64,000 nucleotides of DNA from Macrostomum hystrix (Eukaryota > Animalia > Platyhelminthes). The translations under genes were made by a program, and so were the position numbers. Every line of letters starts with the position of its first letter. Position 1 is the stretch's first letter. The notes beneath the pieces were generated by a model. The model had not been told where the DNA came from. It saw nothing but the letters and a program-made list of their open reading frames with translations, and made no database searches. The DNA lies in contig CATNEN010000024.1 in assembly GCA_950097015.1 (NCBI GenBank), forward strand, positions 4,774,001-4,838,000. Reading direction: 5' to 3'. Below are positions 51,001 to 63,900 of this stretch, piece after piece.

Positions 51001-54000
51001 GATCCACACCTTGAAGCACTACTACTGGATTGTGCATCCACAGGACAGGAGCGGCTACGCGCCCAAGTCTCAGGGTGCGTTTGATTTGCTCAGAATTTAG
51101 CCACATGAGGCTTATAATATTAGTTTTAGTTTACTCGTAGACACTTCCCCAAACATTTGAATTATAATACGAGCTGATATGGGGCTAAATTGACACAACA
51201 AATATAGGGCTTATCCTAAATCGACTACTAAATAATCTGGCTTATCCTAAATCGACTACTAAATAATCTGGCTTATCCTAAATCGACTACTAAATAATCT
51301 GGCTTATCCTAAATCGACTACTAAATAATCTGGATTTTCCTAAATCAACTACTAAATAATCTGGCTTATCCTAATTCGACTACTAAATAATCTGGCTTTT
51401 CCTAAATCGACTACTAAATAATCTGGCTTATCCTAAATCGACTACTAAATAATCTGGCTTATCCTAAATCGACAACTAAAAAATCTGGCTTCTCCTAAGT
51501 TGATTCATCTTAGTCTGGCTTCTCCTAAATCAACTACTAAGTAATCAGGCTTCTCCTAAATCGACTACTAAATAATCAGGCTTATCCTAAATCGACTACT
51601 AAATAATCTGGCTTATCCTAAATCGACTACTAAATAATCTGGCTTATCCTAAATCGACTACTAAATAATCTGGCTTATCCTAAATCGACTACTAAATAAT
51701 CTGGCTTTTCCTAAATCGACTACTAAATAATCTGGCTTTTCCTAAATCGACTACTAAATAATTTGGCTTTTCCTAAATCGACTACTAAATAATCTGGTTT
51801 ATCCTAAATCGACTACTAAATAATCTGGCTTATCCTAAATTGACTACTAAATAATCTGGCTTTTCCTAAATTGACTACTAAATAATCTGGCTTATCCTAA
51901 ATTGACTACTAAATAATCTGGCTTCTCCTAAATCGACAACTAAAAAATCTGGCTTCTCCTAAGTTGATTCATGTTTAGTCTGGCTTCTCCTAAATCAACT
52001 ACTAAGTAATCAGGCTTCTCCTAAATCGACTACTAAATAATCTGGCTTATCCTAAATCGACTACTAAATAATCTGGCTTATCCTAAATCGACTACTAAAT
52101 AATCTGGCTTATCCTAAATCGACTACTAAATAATCTGGCTTATCCTAAATCGACTACTAAATAATCTGGCTTATCCTAAATTGACTACTAAATAATCTGG
52201 CTTTTCCTAAATTGACTACTAAATAATCTGGCTTCTCCTAAATCGACAACTAAAAAATCAGGCTTCTCCTAAATCGACTCCTAAAAAATCAGGCTTCTCC
52301 TAAGTCGTCTCCTAAAAAATCTGTCTTACCCTAAATCGACTCATAATATTCAGGCTTCAACTAAATGGACTCCTAAATAATCAGGTTTATCTTAAATCAT
52401 TCCTCCTAACTCGACTCCTTAATAATCTGGTCTCCTAAATCGGCTCCTAAACAATCTATATCGCTTTCTATAAATCGATTTCTAAATCTGACCTGTCTTA
52501 AATCGTTTTTTTTTCAGCCCTACTACTGACTGTTCGTCCAAAAGAGTGGCTGACGAGAGATATGGGTAAATGTGGTTAATTAACACCTGCTTGTAGGCAT
52601 TCTACGAGGTATTCACCTGCTTGGGGCTCGTAGTTATAGTATCTGCTATCTTGCCTTAATGGCTTGCTCCAGCTTCAGGATTGAACCATAGACAAAACGT
52701 TGCGCGCCAATAGAATGGATTGCTAATCTATCCAGTGGGCTACGGAATAGAATGGATTGCTAATCTATTCAGTGGGCTAAGGAATAGAATGGATTGCTTA
52801 TCTATCCAGTGGGCTACGGAATAGAATGGATTGCTTATCTATTCAGTGGGCTACGGAATAGAATGGATTGCTAATCTATCCAGTGGGCTACGGAATAGAA
52901 TGGATTGCTTATCTATTCAGTGGGCTACGGAATAGAATGGATTGCTAATCTATTCAGTGGGCTAAGGAATAGAATGGATTGCTTATCTATCCAGTGGGCT
53001 ACGGAATAGAATGGATTGCTTATCTATCCAGTGAGCTAAGGAATAGAATGGATTGCTAATCTATTCAGTGGGCTAAGGAATAGAATGGATTGCTAATCTA
53101 TTCAGTGAGCTAAGGAATAGAATGGATTGCTAATCTATTCAGTGGGCTAAGGAATAGAATGGATTGCTAATCTATCCAGTGGGCTAAGGAATAGAATGGA
53201 TTGCTAATCTATTCAGTGAGCTAAGGAATAGAATGGATTGCTTATCTATCCAGTGGGCTAAGGAATAGAATGGATTGCTAATCTATTCAGTGAGCTAAGG
53301 AATAGAATGGATTGCTAATCTATTCAGTGGGCTAAGGAATAGAATGGATTGCTAATCTATTCAGTGGGCTAAGGAATAGAATGGATTGCTAATCTATTCA
53401 GTGAGCTAAGGAATAGAATGGATTGCTAATCTATTCAGTGGGCTAAGGAATAGAATGGATTGCTAATCTATCCAGTGGGCTACGGAATAGAATGGATTGC
53501 TTATCTATCCAGTGAGCTAAGGAATAGAATGGATTGCTAATCTATTCAGTGGGCTAAGGAATAGAATGGATTGCTAATCTATTCAGTGAGCTAAGGAATA
53601 GAATGGATTGCTAATCTATTCAGTGGGCTAAGGAATAGAATGGATTGCTAATCTATCCAGTGGGCTAAGGAATAGAATGGATTGCTAATCTATTCAGTGA
53701 GCTAAGGAATAGAATGGATTGCTTATCTATCCAGTGGGCTAAGGAATAGAATGGATTGCTAATCTATTCAGTGAGCTAAGGAATAGAATGGATTGCTAAT
53801 CTATTCAGTGGGCTAAGGAATAGAATGGATTGCTAATCTATTCAGTGGGCTAAGGAATAGAATGGATTGCTAATCTATTCAGTGAGCTAAGGAATAGAAT
53901 GGATTGCTAATCTATTCAGTGGGCTAAGGAATAGAATGGATTGCTAATCTATCCAGTGGGCTAAGGAATAGAATGGATTGCTAATCTATTCAGTGAGCTA

Positions 54001-57000
54001 AGGAATAGAATGGATTGCTAATCTATCCAGTGGGCTAAGGAATAGAATGGATTGCTAATCTATTCAGTGAGCTAAGGAATAGAATGGATTGCTAATCTAT
54101 TCAGTGGGCTAAGGAATATAATGGATTGCTAATCTATTAAGTGGGCTAAGGAATAGAATGGATTGCTAATCTATTCAGTGAGCTAAGGAATAGAATGGAT
54201 TGCTAATCTATTCAGTGGGCTAAGGAATAGAATGGATTGCTAATCTATTCAGTGAGCTAAGGAATAGAATGGATTGCTAATCTATCCAGTGGGCTAAGGA
54301 ATAGAATGGATTGCTAATCTATTCAGTGAGCTAAGGAATAGAATGGATTGCTAATCTATTCAGTGGGCTAAGGAATAGAATGGATTGCTAATCTATTCAG
54401 TGGGCTAAGGAATAGAATGGATTGCTAATCTATTCAGTGAGCTAAGGAATAGAATGGATTGCTAATCTATTCAGTGAGCTAAGGAATAGAATGGATTGCT
54501 AATCTATTCAGTGGATTGATATGTTATAAGGAATAGAATAGAATGGATTGATATGTTATATAAATATTTGGTTAACGAAACTACGTTGGGTTAATCCAAT
54601 AAAGGAAGAAACAATTTTATGATCTTATTTTGCTGATAAACAAATGCTTATTTTTTATAACAATTTTGGCTGAAGTTTTTTAATTCAAATTTGTTTTTTT
54701 ATATTCAAACTTTTCTTTCTTTGATTAGCAGAGAAAAACGAGGGTTAATCTAAGCTGAAAGTACTTTTTATCTAGCGGCAAGTTATGATTTTAATTATTT
54801 TTTTCCCTGCTTTAACATCATGTCTATGCTTTGCTTGGCCTATAAGATATTTAAAATGTTTAAATATCAGTTTAATATCTTTATTCCCAATTCGCAGTGC
54901 TAGAAGGCGAGTGGATTCGAGCGGATATACACGACCTCACAACCATCCGGGCCAGCTTGTTAATCTATATTAAACAGCTCATTCTGCGCGGCAACGGTAT
55001 CCTTGACGACGAGATGCAGGCCATACTTAACTACCTGTCTACTGTTAATGAGGTTGGTGCAGTCTTTAGTCGCAGGGTGCTGAATGACTAGTCTAGTTTC
55101 GAGTTTTTTAATCCCAACAAAAGCGTGCACCCAATAATAATAATAGCTGCTCAGCCGCAGCTATTGCGCTGTGCATCTGAAGGCTGCGTACGGCTGTTCA
55201 GTCTATGGACTGGAGGGGTAGCCCACATCCAGTCTCTACCCCAGCTGATGCCAATACTTTCTAACCGTCAGGCAGTGTACATTTCACTGTACCTTAGAGG
55301 TTGGCCCTTAAGGGCGTAAATTGTACGATAAGCCCCCAAGCCTTTTCTCCGCGGCTGCGCCCTAAATGAATGCGGCCTCGCCGCGGAATCGAGCTCAGGG
55401 ACCTTGGTGCGAGAGGCAAACGCGTTAGAGGGCTCTGCCACTCACCCCTCCCAATTTAAGTGTATTGCTACAGGACAAAAAGCTGTTTTAGTTGCGTCAA
55501 GAATCGAACCCCCGACCTGATCAAGCTGTGAGTTCAAACCACCACGCTCAAACCACTAAGGCTTCAGAATTCCAAATCCAACACACTGTTTGCTACCGAG
55601 CCTTCCTAAAAGAAACAATTTTGCCCGCCGCAGGACGACAACCTTCGCGACGTGCTGTACTTCGCCGTGACGCTGATGGCCGAGCACCCGTCCTCCATGG
55701 TGCCAGCGTTCGATCGCAAGCACGCGATTCGCACCGTGCTCAAACTGCTGGCTTCTCACGATGAGAAGATTCGCATTCACGCGCTGAAATTCCTCGGCTT
55801 CTTCCTCATGCGCAGCACCACCAAGCGGAAGCAGGACGTGCTGACAACGCACAATCTGTTCTCCCTGATTGGCGAACGACTCATGCTGTTCTCACCCTGC
55901 GTTACTATGGCCTCCTACAATGCCCTGTTCGAGCTGCTAACGGAGAGGGTGACATTGTTCATCACGGATAAGCGCCATCCTGAGCCTGAGCCCAACTTCC
56001 GCTTGGAGAATCCGCGTGAGTAGTTTCGATCCAGCTCAACGTACTCAATTGCGCACGGCTGTTCTGTTTATTGACTGGGGGCCAAACCCACCTTAAATTA
56101 CCCCAAATGCTTGTATCCATTTTAACACCTAAAGTAATGCAGAGAAAAGTGTCCTTATAAAGGAAACACATTTTTTCCGGTGAAGTCAGGAATCGAATCC
56201 CTGACCTTCAAGCCGTTATAGAGTCCACTAGTTAACAACCCCCGACTAGGTCACAACTCCACCTATATTTAGCATCTGCTTAATATACTCACAGATGCTA
56301 TATATAGAAGCCCATGAGTCATCGAGTAGTTGCGGCCATAGACAAAAGTACGAAGTGCGAAATTTCTACACGGCTGCCAAGCTCAGAAATGTTGGCTCTG
56401 ATCTTTTGGACAGCCACCCTCAATTTTACGCGGCGTGAGGAGTGTACATTGACTGTGGCCACGGTGTGTACACTCTTCATTGCTGGTCTATTCCCTTGGG
56501 GAGCGGACAAGTTGAAAGAGAGACAGACAGTGAGTGAGAGGTCGCGGTCCACTTACTTCCTCGCCCCTGCCAACTGGCTTCCTTCACCCCAACGCATTTC
56601 CTATAGAGTTCGGAATGCACCAACTTGCTGTTGCAATTAATAACATGTAACAGCTCTTCCTATAAGCTCTTAACCATGCACTTCTTTTATAAGATTCTTG
56701 TACAATTCGCTAATTTCTAATTGGGTTGTGTGTGGTAAGCCCCAATGATTTTGACATGGAAGGCGAACTTTGAACTTGTGTACTTTTCTAATTGACTCGC
56801 GAGAGTTTAGTGAGTCTATAGATGACAAAAATGTAACTACCTGTCTCTCTATCTGTCCGCATCTGCCTGTCTGTCTGTTTCTGCATCTGTCCGCATCTGC
56901 CTGTCTGTCTGTCTCTCTATCTGTCCGCATCTGCCTGTCTGTCTGTCTCTGCATCTGTCTGTCTGTCTGTCCCTGCATCTGTCTGCCTCTGCCTGTCTGT

Positions 57001-57896
57001 CTGTCTCTGCATCTGTCTGCCTCTGCCTGTCTGTCTGTCTCTGCATCTGTCCGCATCTGTCTGTCTGTCTGTCCCTGCATCTGTCCGCATCTGCCTGTCT
57101 GTCTGTCTCTGCATCTGTCTGTCTGTCTGTCCCTGCATCTGTCTGCCTCTGCCTGTCTGTCTGTCTCTGCATCTGTCTGCCTCTGCCTGTCTGTCTGTCT
57201 CTGCATCTGTCCGCATCTGTCTGTCTGTCTGTCTGTCCCTGCATCTGTCCGCGTCTGTCTGTCTCTGTATCTGTCCGCATCTGCCTGTCTGTCTGTCTCT
57301 CTATCTGTCCGCATCTGCCTGTGTGTCTGTCTCTGCATCTGTCTGCCTCTGCCTGTCTGTCTGTCTCTGCATCTGTCTGCCTCTGCCTGTCTGTCTGTCT
57401 CTGCATCTGTCCGCATCTGTCTGTCTGTCTGTCCCTGCATCTGTCCGCGTCTGTCTGTCTCTGTATCTGTCCGCATCTGCCTGTCTGTCTGTCTCTCTAT
57501 CTGTCCGCATCTGCCTGTCTGTCTCTTCATCTGTCCGACCATGCCTATCTGTCCGCCTGTCTCTCGCCCATTGACAGCCCTAACTGTTGTAAGTTTTTCT
57601 CTACTTCAACCCTATTCCATATTTTGAGCCATCCAACAAGCCAGCAATTTTCTTGTTTAGGCCCTTAAAGTAGGCAGCATTCTCGCAAAGCGCTTCTTCT
57701 GGCTCATTAAGTTTGATTGCGCCGGCCCCTTTACTCAATGACCTTCGGTCCCATCCCATATGCCAGCCCTATGGCAAGCAGATTGTATTGGCGCCTATAC
57801 TAAAATGGGCCAAAGCCAATCTAGTTCTTGGGTTCTGGGATCTCTATGCTGCTAGGGATTGAAATTTCGTAGAATGATGAGATGCAGGGGGCGACA

Positions 57897-57927
<31 letters not shown>

Positions 57928-60900
57928 TCTGAGGCAGCAAATCACCTCTCTCACTCTTTCTCGATTTCTCCTCGATTCCTATATCCATATTAGACCCATT
58001 CAGTCCACTGACGAGAGGCTGAAAAGCCCCCCCCCTAGCTTCATGGCTTTAGGCTCTGCTTCATCTGGCTCTGTCTACCACCCCACCCACCCCCTGCCAG
58101 ATAATATTAGTTGCCTCGAGGGCGACCGTACGAACCGTAGGAGATATGGGAAATGTATAAGAAAAATGCCTCCGACACCCCTTTAACAACCACCTTACTT
58201 TTATCCCATTTTTTCTGATCTTTCTCCCTCTGTATGTGTCGCCTTACTATGTATGCATCAGCCACGCTGTGTTTCTAGGACCTGGGAGAATCAATTATCA
58301 GCTGGGGCAAACACACTGTGTAGCTCGTAGTATACAAGTATCCTCTAATACGGCCTCCAGTAGCTAAGACAAAGCTCCTACTGGGGTGTGTAAAATATTA
58401 GCATTGACGTTCGGCGTTTCTATGCCATTTAGTTTCTAAGCTGGTATATGCCATCTAAAAGAAAGCTTTTTTCATGTGTGCAAGCAGCCAAGCTAAATTA
58501 TTACTGAGCCCTGTTCGACACCTGCTTGCCTTCCTCATCTACTTTGCCTCTCTCCTATCCGTCTATTCCTCACCCCTCACATTTTCCTCTCTTCTTCCTC
58601 CACTATATTTCTCTCCAAAACATCTCCGTTTCTCCTCTAGCCCTCCCTCTCTTTTTCTTCCCTACCCCTCCCTCACTATTTCTCCTCTAGCCCTCCCTCA
58701 CTATTTCTCCCCTAGCCCTCCCTCTCTTTTTCTTCCCTAGCCCTCCCTCACTATTTCTCCCCTAGCCCTCCCTCTCTTTTTCTTCCCTAGCCCTCCATTT
58801 CTCCCCTAGCCCTCCCTCACTATTTCTCCCCTAGCCCTCCCTCACTATTTCTCCCCTAGCCCTCCCTTACTATTTCTCCCCTAGCCCTCCCTCACTATTT
58901 CTCCCCTAGCCCTCCCTCACTATTTCTCCGCTAGCCCTCCCTCACTATTTCTCCCCTAGCCCTCCCTCACTATTTCTCCCCTAGCCCTCCCTCACTATTT
59001 CTCCCCTAGCCCTCCCTCACTATTTCTCCCCTAGCCCTCCCTCACTATTTCTCCCCTAGCCCTCCCTCACTATTTCTCCCCTAGCCCTCCCTCTCTATTT
59101 CTCCCCTAGCCCTCCCTCACTATTTCTCCCCTAGCCCTCCCTCTCTTTTTCTTCCCTAGCCCTCCCTCACTATTTCTCCCCTAGCCCTCCCTCTCTTTTT
59201 CTTCCCTAGCCCTCCCTCTCTTTTTCTTCCCTAGCCCTCCCTCACTATTTCTCCGCTAGCCCTCCCTCACTATTTCTCCCCTAGCCCTCCCTCACTATTT
59301 CTCCCCTAGCCCTCCCTCACTATTTCTCCCCTAGCCCTCCCTCACTATTTCTCCCCTAGCCCTCCCTCACTATTTCTCCCCTAGCCCTCCCTCACTATTT
59401 CTCCCCTAGCCCTCCCTCACTATTTCTCCCCTAGCCCTCCCTCACTATTTCTCCCCTAGCCCTCCCTCACTATTTCTCCCCTAGCCCTCCCTCACTATTT
59501 CTCCCCTAGCCCTCCCTCACTATTTCTCCCCTAGCCCTCCCTCACTATTTCTCCCCTAGCCCTCCCTCACTATTTCTCCCCTAGCCCTCCCTCACTATTT
59601 CTCCGCTAGCCCTCCCTCACTATTTCTCCCCTAGCCCTCCCTCACTATTTCTCCCCTAGCCCTCCCTCACTATTTCTCCCCTAGCCCTCCCTCACTATTT
59701 CTCCCCTAGCCCTCCCTCACTATTTCTCCCCTAGCCCTCCCTCACTATTTCTCCCCTAGCCCTCCCTCACTATTTCTCCCCTAGCCCTCCCTCACTATTT
59801 CTCCCCTAGCCCTCCCTCACTATTTCTCCCCTAGCCCTCCCTCACTATTTCTCCCCTAGCCCTCCCTCACTATTTCTCCCCTAGCCCTCCCTCACTATTT
59901 CTCCCCTAGCCCTCCCTCACTATTTCTCCCCTAGCCCTCCCTCACTATTTCTCCCTAGCCCTCCCTCACTATTTCTCCCCTAGCCCTCCCTCACTATTTC
60001 TCCCCTAGCCCTCCCTCTCTTTTTCTTCCCTAGCCCTCCCTCACTATTTCTCCCCTAGCCCTCCCTCTCTTTTTCTTCCCTAGCCCTCCCTCACTATTTC
60101 TCCCCTAGCCCTCCCTCTCTTTTTCTTCCCTAGCCCTCCCTCACTATTTCTCCCCTAGCCCTCCCTCTCTTTTTCTTCCCTAGCCCTCCCTCACTATTTC
60201 TCCCCTAGCCCTCCCTCTCTTTTTCTTCCCTAGCCCTCCCTCACTATTTCTCCCCTAGCCCTCCCTCACTATTTCTCCCCTAGCCCTCCCTCTCTTTTTC
60301 TTCCCTAGCCCTCCCTCACTATTTCTCCCCTAGCCCTCCCTCTCTTTTTCTTCCCTAGCCCTCCCTCACTATTTCTCCTCTAGCCCTCCCTCACTATTTC
60401 TCCCCTAGCCCTCCCTCACTATTTCTCCCCTAGCCCTGCATTTCTCCCCTAGCCCTCCATTTCTCCCCTAGCCCTCCATTTCTCCCCTAGCCCTCCCTCA
60501 CTATTTCTCCCCTAGCCCTCCCTCACTATTTCTCCCCTAGCCCTCCCTCTCTTTTTCTTCCCTAGCCCTCCCTCACTATTTCTCCCCTAGCCCTCCCTCA
60601 CTATTTCTCCCCTAGCCCTCCCTCTCTTTTTCTTCCCTAGCCCTCCCTCACTATTTCTCCTCTAGCCCTCCCTCTCTTTTTCTTCCCTAGCCCTCCCTCA
60701 CTATTTCTCCTCTAGCCCTCCCTCACTATTTCTCCCCTAGCCCTCCCTCACTATTTCTCCCCTAGCCCTGCATTTCTCCCCTAGCCCTCCATTTCTCCCC
60801 TAGCCCTCCATTTCTCCCCTAGCCCTCCCTCACTATTTCTCCCCTAGCCCTCCATTTCTCCCCTAGCCCTCCATTTCTCCCCTAGCCCTCCATTTCTCCC

Positions 60901-63900
60901 CTAGCCCTCCATTTCTCCCCTAGCCCTCCATTTCTCCCCTAGCCCTCCATTTCTCCCCTAGCCCTCCATTTCTCCCCTAGCCCTCCATCTCCATTTCTCC
61001 CCCCCCATTTCTCCCCACTGCTTTTTCGACTCTAAAATCTACCAGCGTACATTTTAGAAACAAGATATTCGCACTACTAATTGTAATATTTTTGCTTAGT
61101 AGTGTAATGCTGACCTCAGCTGCTTTAACTAATTGATTTCTAGGCTTGCTGAGTTTGAGCCGCTCTTCAATTTAATGCTACTTAATGACGTTTCGGCTCT
61201 CTGTCCCAAGCATAGTTGTCATGCTATTGGACAGTCATGGAGTTAGTCTGCGGAGCACTCGAGTTTAGTCTCCGAGAAATTTGCTTCTGGGGATTTCGCG
61301 ACTGGGAGATTGGGATAAGATGACTCCGAGTTTCGCCGAGGGAGGGAATTTGCATTTTGATGGGAAACTCGTATATTATGTATATTCTTGTATTCGATTG
61401 TGTTGCATAGGGGTGTGGGTGTCCCCGCTGCACCGGCCCTGAACTTCTCCAGCCTGCCATCGAGATACTTCATATAGTATATCTATGAATTATGTGCATT
61501 AATGGTAATGAGTAACGAACATTGCATCATAATATTATCGCATGGACTGATTGATCTATCTGGACACTTGAGTGGATTAAATTCGCTAGTCTGCTAGCCG
61601 TGTTTGATTACAAGTATAAGACTGGATATAAAATTAATTTCAAGCTGTCATTTCGATTAGACTTGCATCGATAATCAAAGTCAGCTATATTTACTCTACT
61701 TTTATTGAGGTTTTCATTTTTTTAATATCAGTGTTTTGGGCTTGCTTCTGTACAATGCTCACCTATGAGTGACTGATATAGAATGCATGAGTGACGCAAT
61801 TATTGCTCAACTGTGAGGGACGATTGATATAAAGAGTGAATGCCTGTGAGTGAAGATTGATATAAAGAGTGAATGCCTGTGAGTGAAGATTGATATAAAG
61901 AGTGAATGCCTGTGAGTGAAGATTGATATAAAGAGTGATTGCCTGTGAGTGAAGATTGATATAAAGAGTGATTGCCTGTGAGTGAAGATTGATATAAAGA
62001 GTGATTGCCTGTGAGTGAAGATTGATATAAAGAGTGAATGCCTGTGAGTGAAGATTGATATAAAGAGTGATTGCCTGTGAGTGAAGATTGATATAAAGAG
62101 TGATTGCCTGTGAGTGAAGATTGATATAAAGAGTGATTGCCTGTGAGTGAAGATTGATATAAAGAGTGAATGCCTGTGAGTGAAGATTGATATAAAGAGT
62201 GATTGCCTGTGAGTGAAGATTGATATAAAGAGTGAATGCCTGTGAGTAAAGATTGATATAAAGAGTGAATGCCTGTGAGTGAAGATTGATATAAAGAGTG
62301 ATTGCCTGTGAGTGAAGATTGATATAAAGAGTGATTGCCTGTGAGTGAAGATTGATATAAAGAGTGATTGCCTGTGAGTGAAGATTGATATAAAGAGTGA
62401 ATGCCTGTGAGTGAAGATTGATATAAAGAGTGAATGCCTGTGAGTGAAGATTGATATAAAGAGTGAATGCCTGTGAGTGAAGATTGATATAAAGAGTGAA
62501 TGCCTGTGAGTGAAGATTGATATAAAGAGTGAATGCCTGTGAGTGAAGATTGATATAAAGAGTGAATGCCTGTGAGTGAAGATTGATATAAAGAGTGATT
62601 GCCTGTGAGTGAAGATTGATATAAAGAGTGATTGCCTGTGAGTGAAGATTGATATAAAGAGTGATTGCCTGTGAGTGAAGATTGATATAAAGAGTGAATG
62701 CCTGTGAGTGAAGATTGATATAAAGAGTGATTGCCTGTGAGTGAAGATTGATATAAAGAGTGAATGCCTGTGAGTGAAGATTGATATAAAGAGTGATTGC
62801 CTGTGAGTGAAGATTGATATAAAGAGTGAATGCCTGTGAGTGAAGATTGATATAAAGAGTGATTGCCTGTGAGTGAAGATTGATATAAAGAGTGAATGCC
62901 TGTGAGTAAAGATTGATATAAAGAGTGATTGCCTGTGAGTGAAGATTGATATAAAGAGTGATTGCCTGTGAGTGAAGATTGATATAAAGAGTGAATGCCT
63001 GTGAGTGAAGATTGATATAAAGAGTGAATGCCTGTGAGTGAAGATTGATATAAAGAGTGAATGCCTGTGAGTAAAGATTGATATAAAGAGTGAATGCCTG
63101 TGAGTGAAGATTGATATAAAGAGTGATTGCCTGTGAGTGAAGATTGATATAAAGAGTGATTGCCTGTGAGTGAAGATTGATATAAAGAGTGATTGCCTGT
63201 GAGTGAAGATTGATATAAAGAGTGAATGCCTGTGAGTGAAGATTGATATAAAGAGTGATTGCCTGTGAGTGAAGATTGATATAAAGAGTGATTGCCTGTG
63301 AGTGAAGATTGATATAAAGAGTGATTGCCTGTGAGTGAAGATTGATATAAAGAGTGAATGCCTGTGAGTGAAGATTGATATAAAGAGTGATTGCCTGTGA
63401 GTGAAGATTGATATAAAGAGTGAATGCCTGTGAGTGAAGATTGATATAAAGAGTGAATGCCTGTGAGTGAAGATTGATATAAAGAGTGATTGCCTGTGAG
63501 TGACTGCTCTAGAGTGCTCACCTGTGTCTTAATTTTAATTGATTACCTGGCGATGAGAGTAAAAAGTGCTCACCTGTGAGTGACCTGAATCGACTGAATC
63601 ATCCTGTCGTCAAATCATCATCAATTATTAATCAGAATGCTCAACCGCCTCTTCTTCTCAATTCTCCAGTGCTGCTGAAGGTGATCGCCCAGCTGATTCG
63701 CAATGTGCCAACCTCAGGCGATGCGTACCGCGTCAAGAAGCTATTCCTGAACGACCTGACGATACTGTGCAACCAGACCAAGGAGAACAGGCGCACCATG
63801 CTGCAGATGTCAGTGTGGCAGGACTGGCTGTTCGGCTTGGCCACATTCTATCCTCAGACAGCCGAGGAGCAGTCCATCACCGACCTGGTGATGTCGCTGT

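Noticed and set aside
61800-63521. 573-aa minus-strand ORF ([11 protein letters not shown] repeats)
   Set aside because: Stop-free frame of a 33-bp unit inside neurobeachin intron 12; no unique domain, and the start is not ATG
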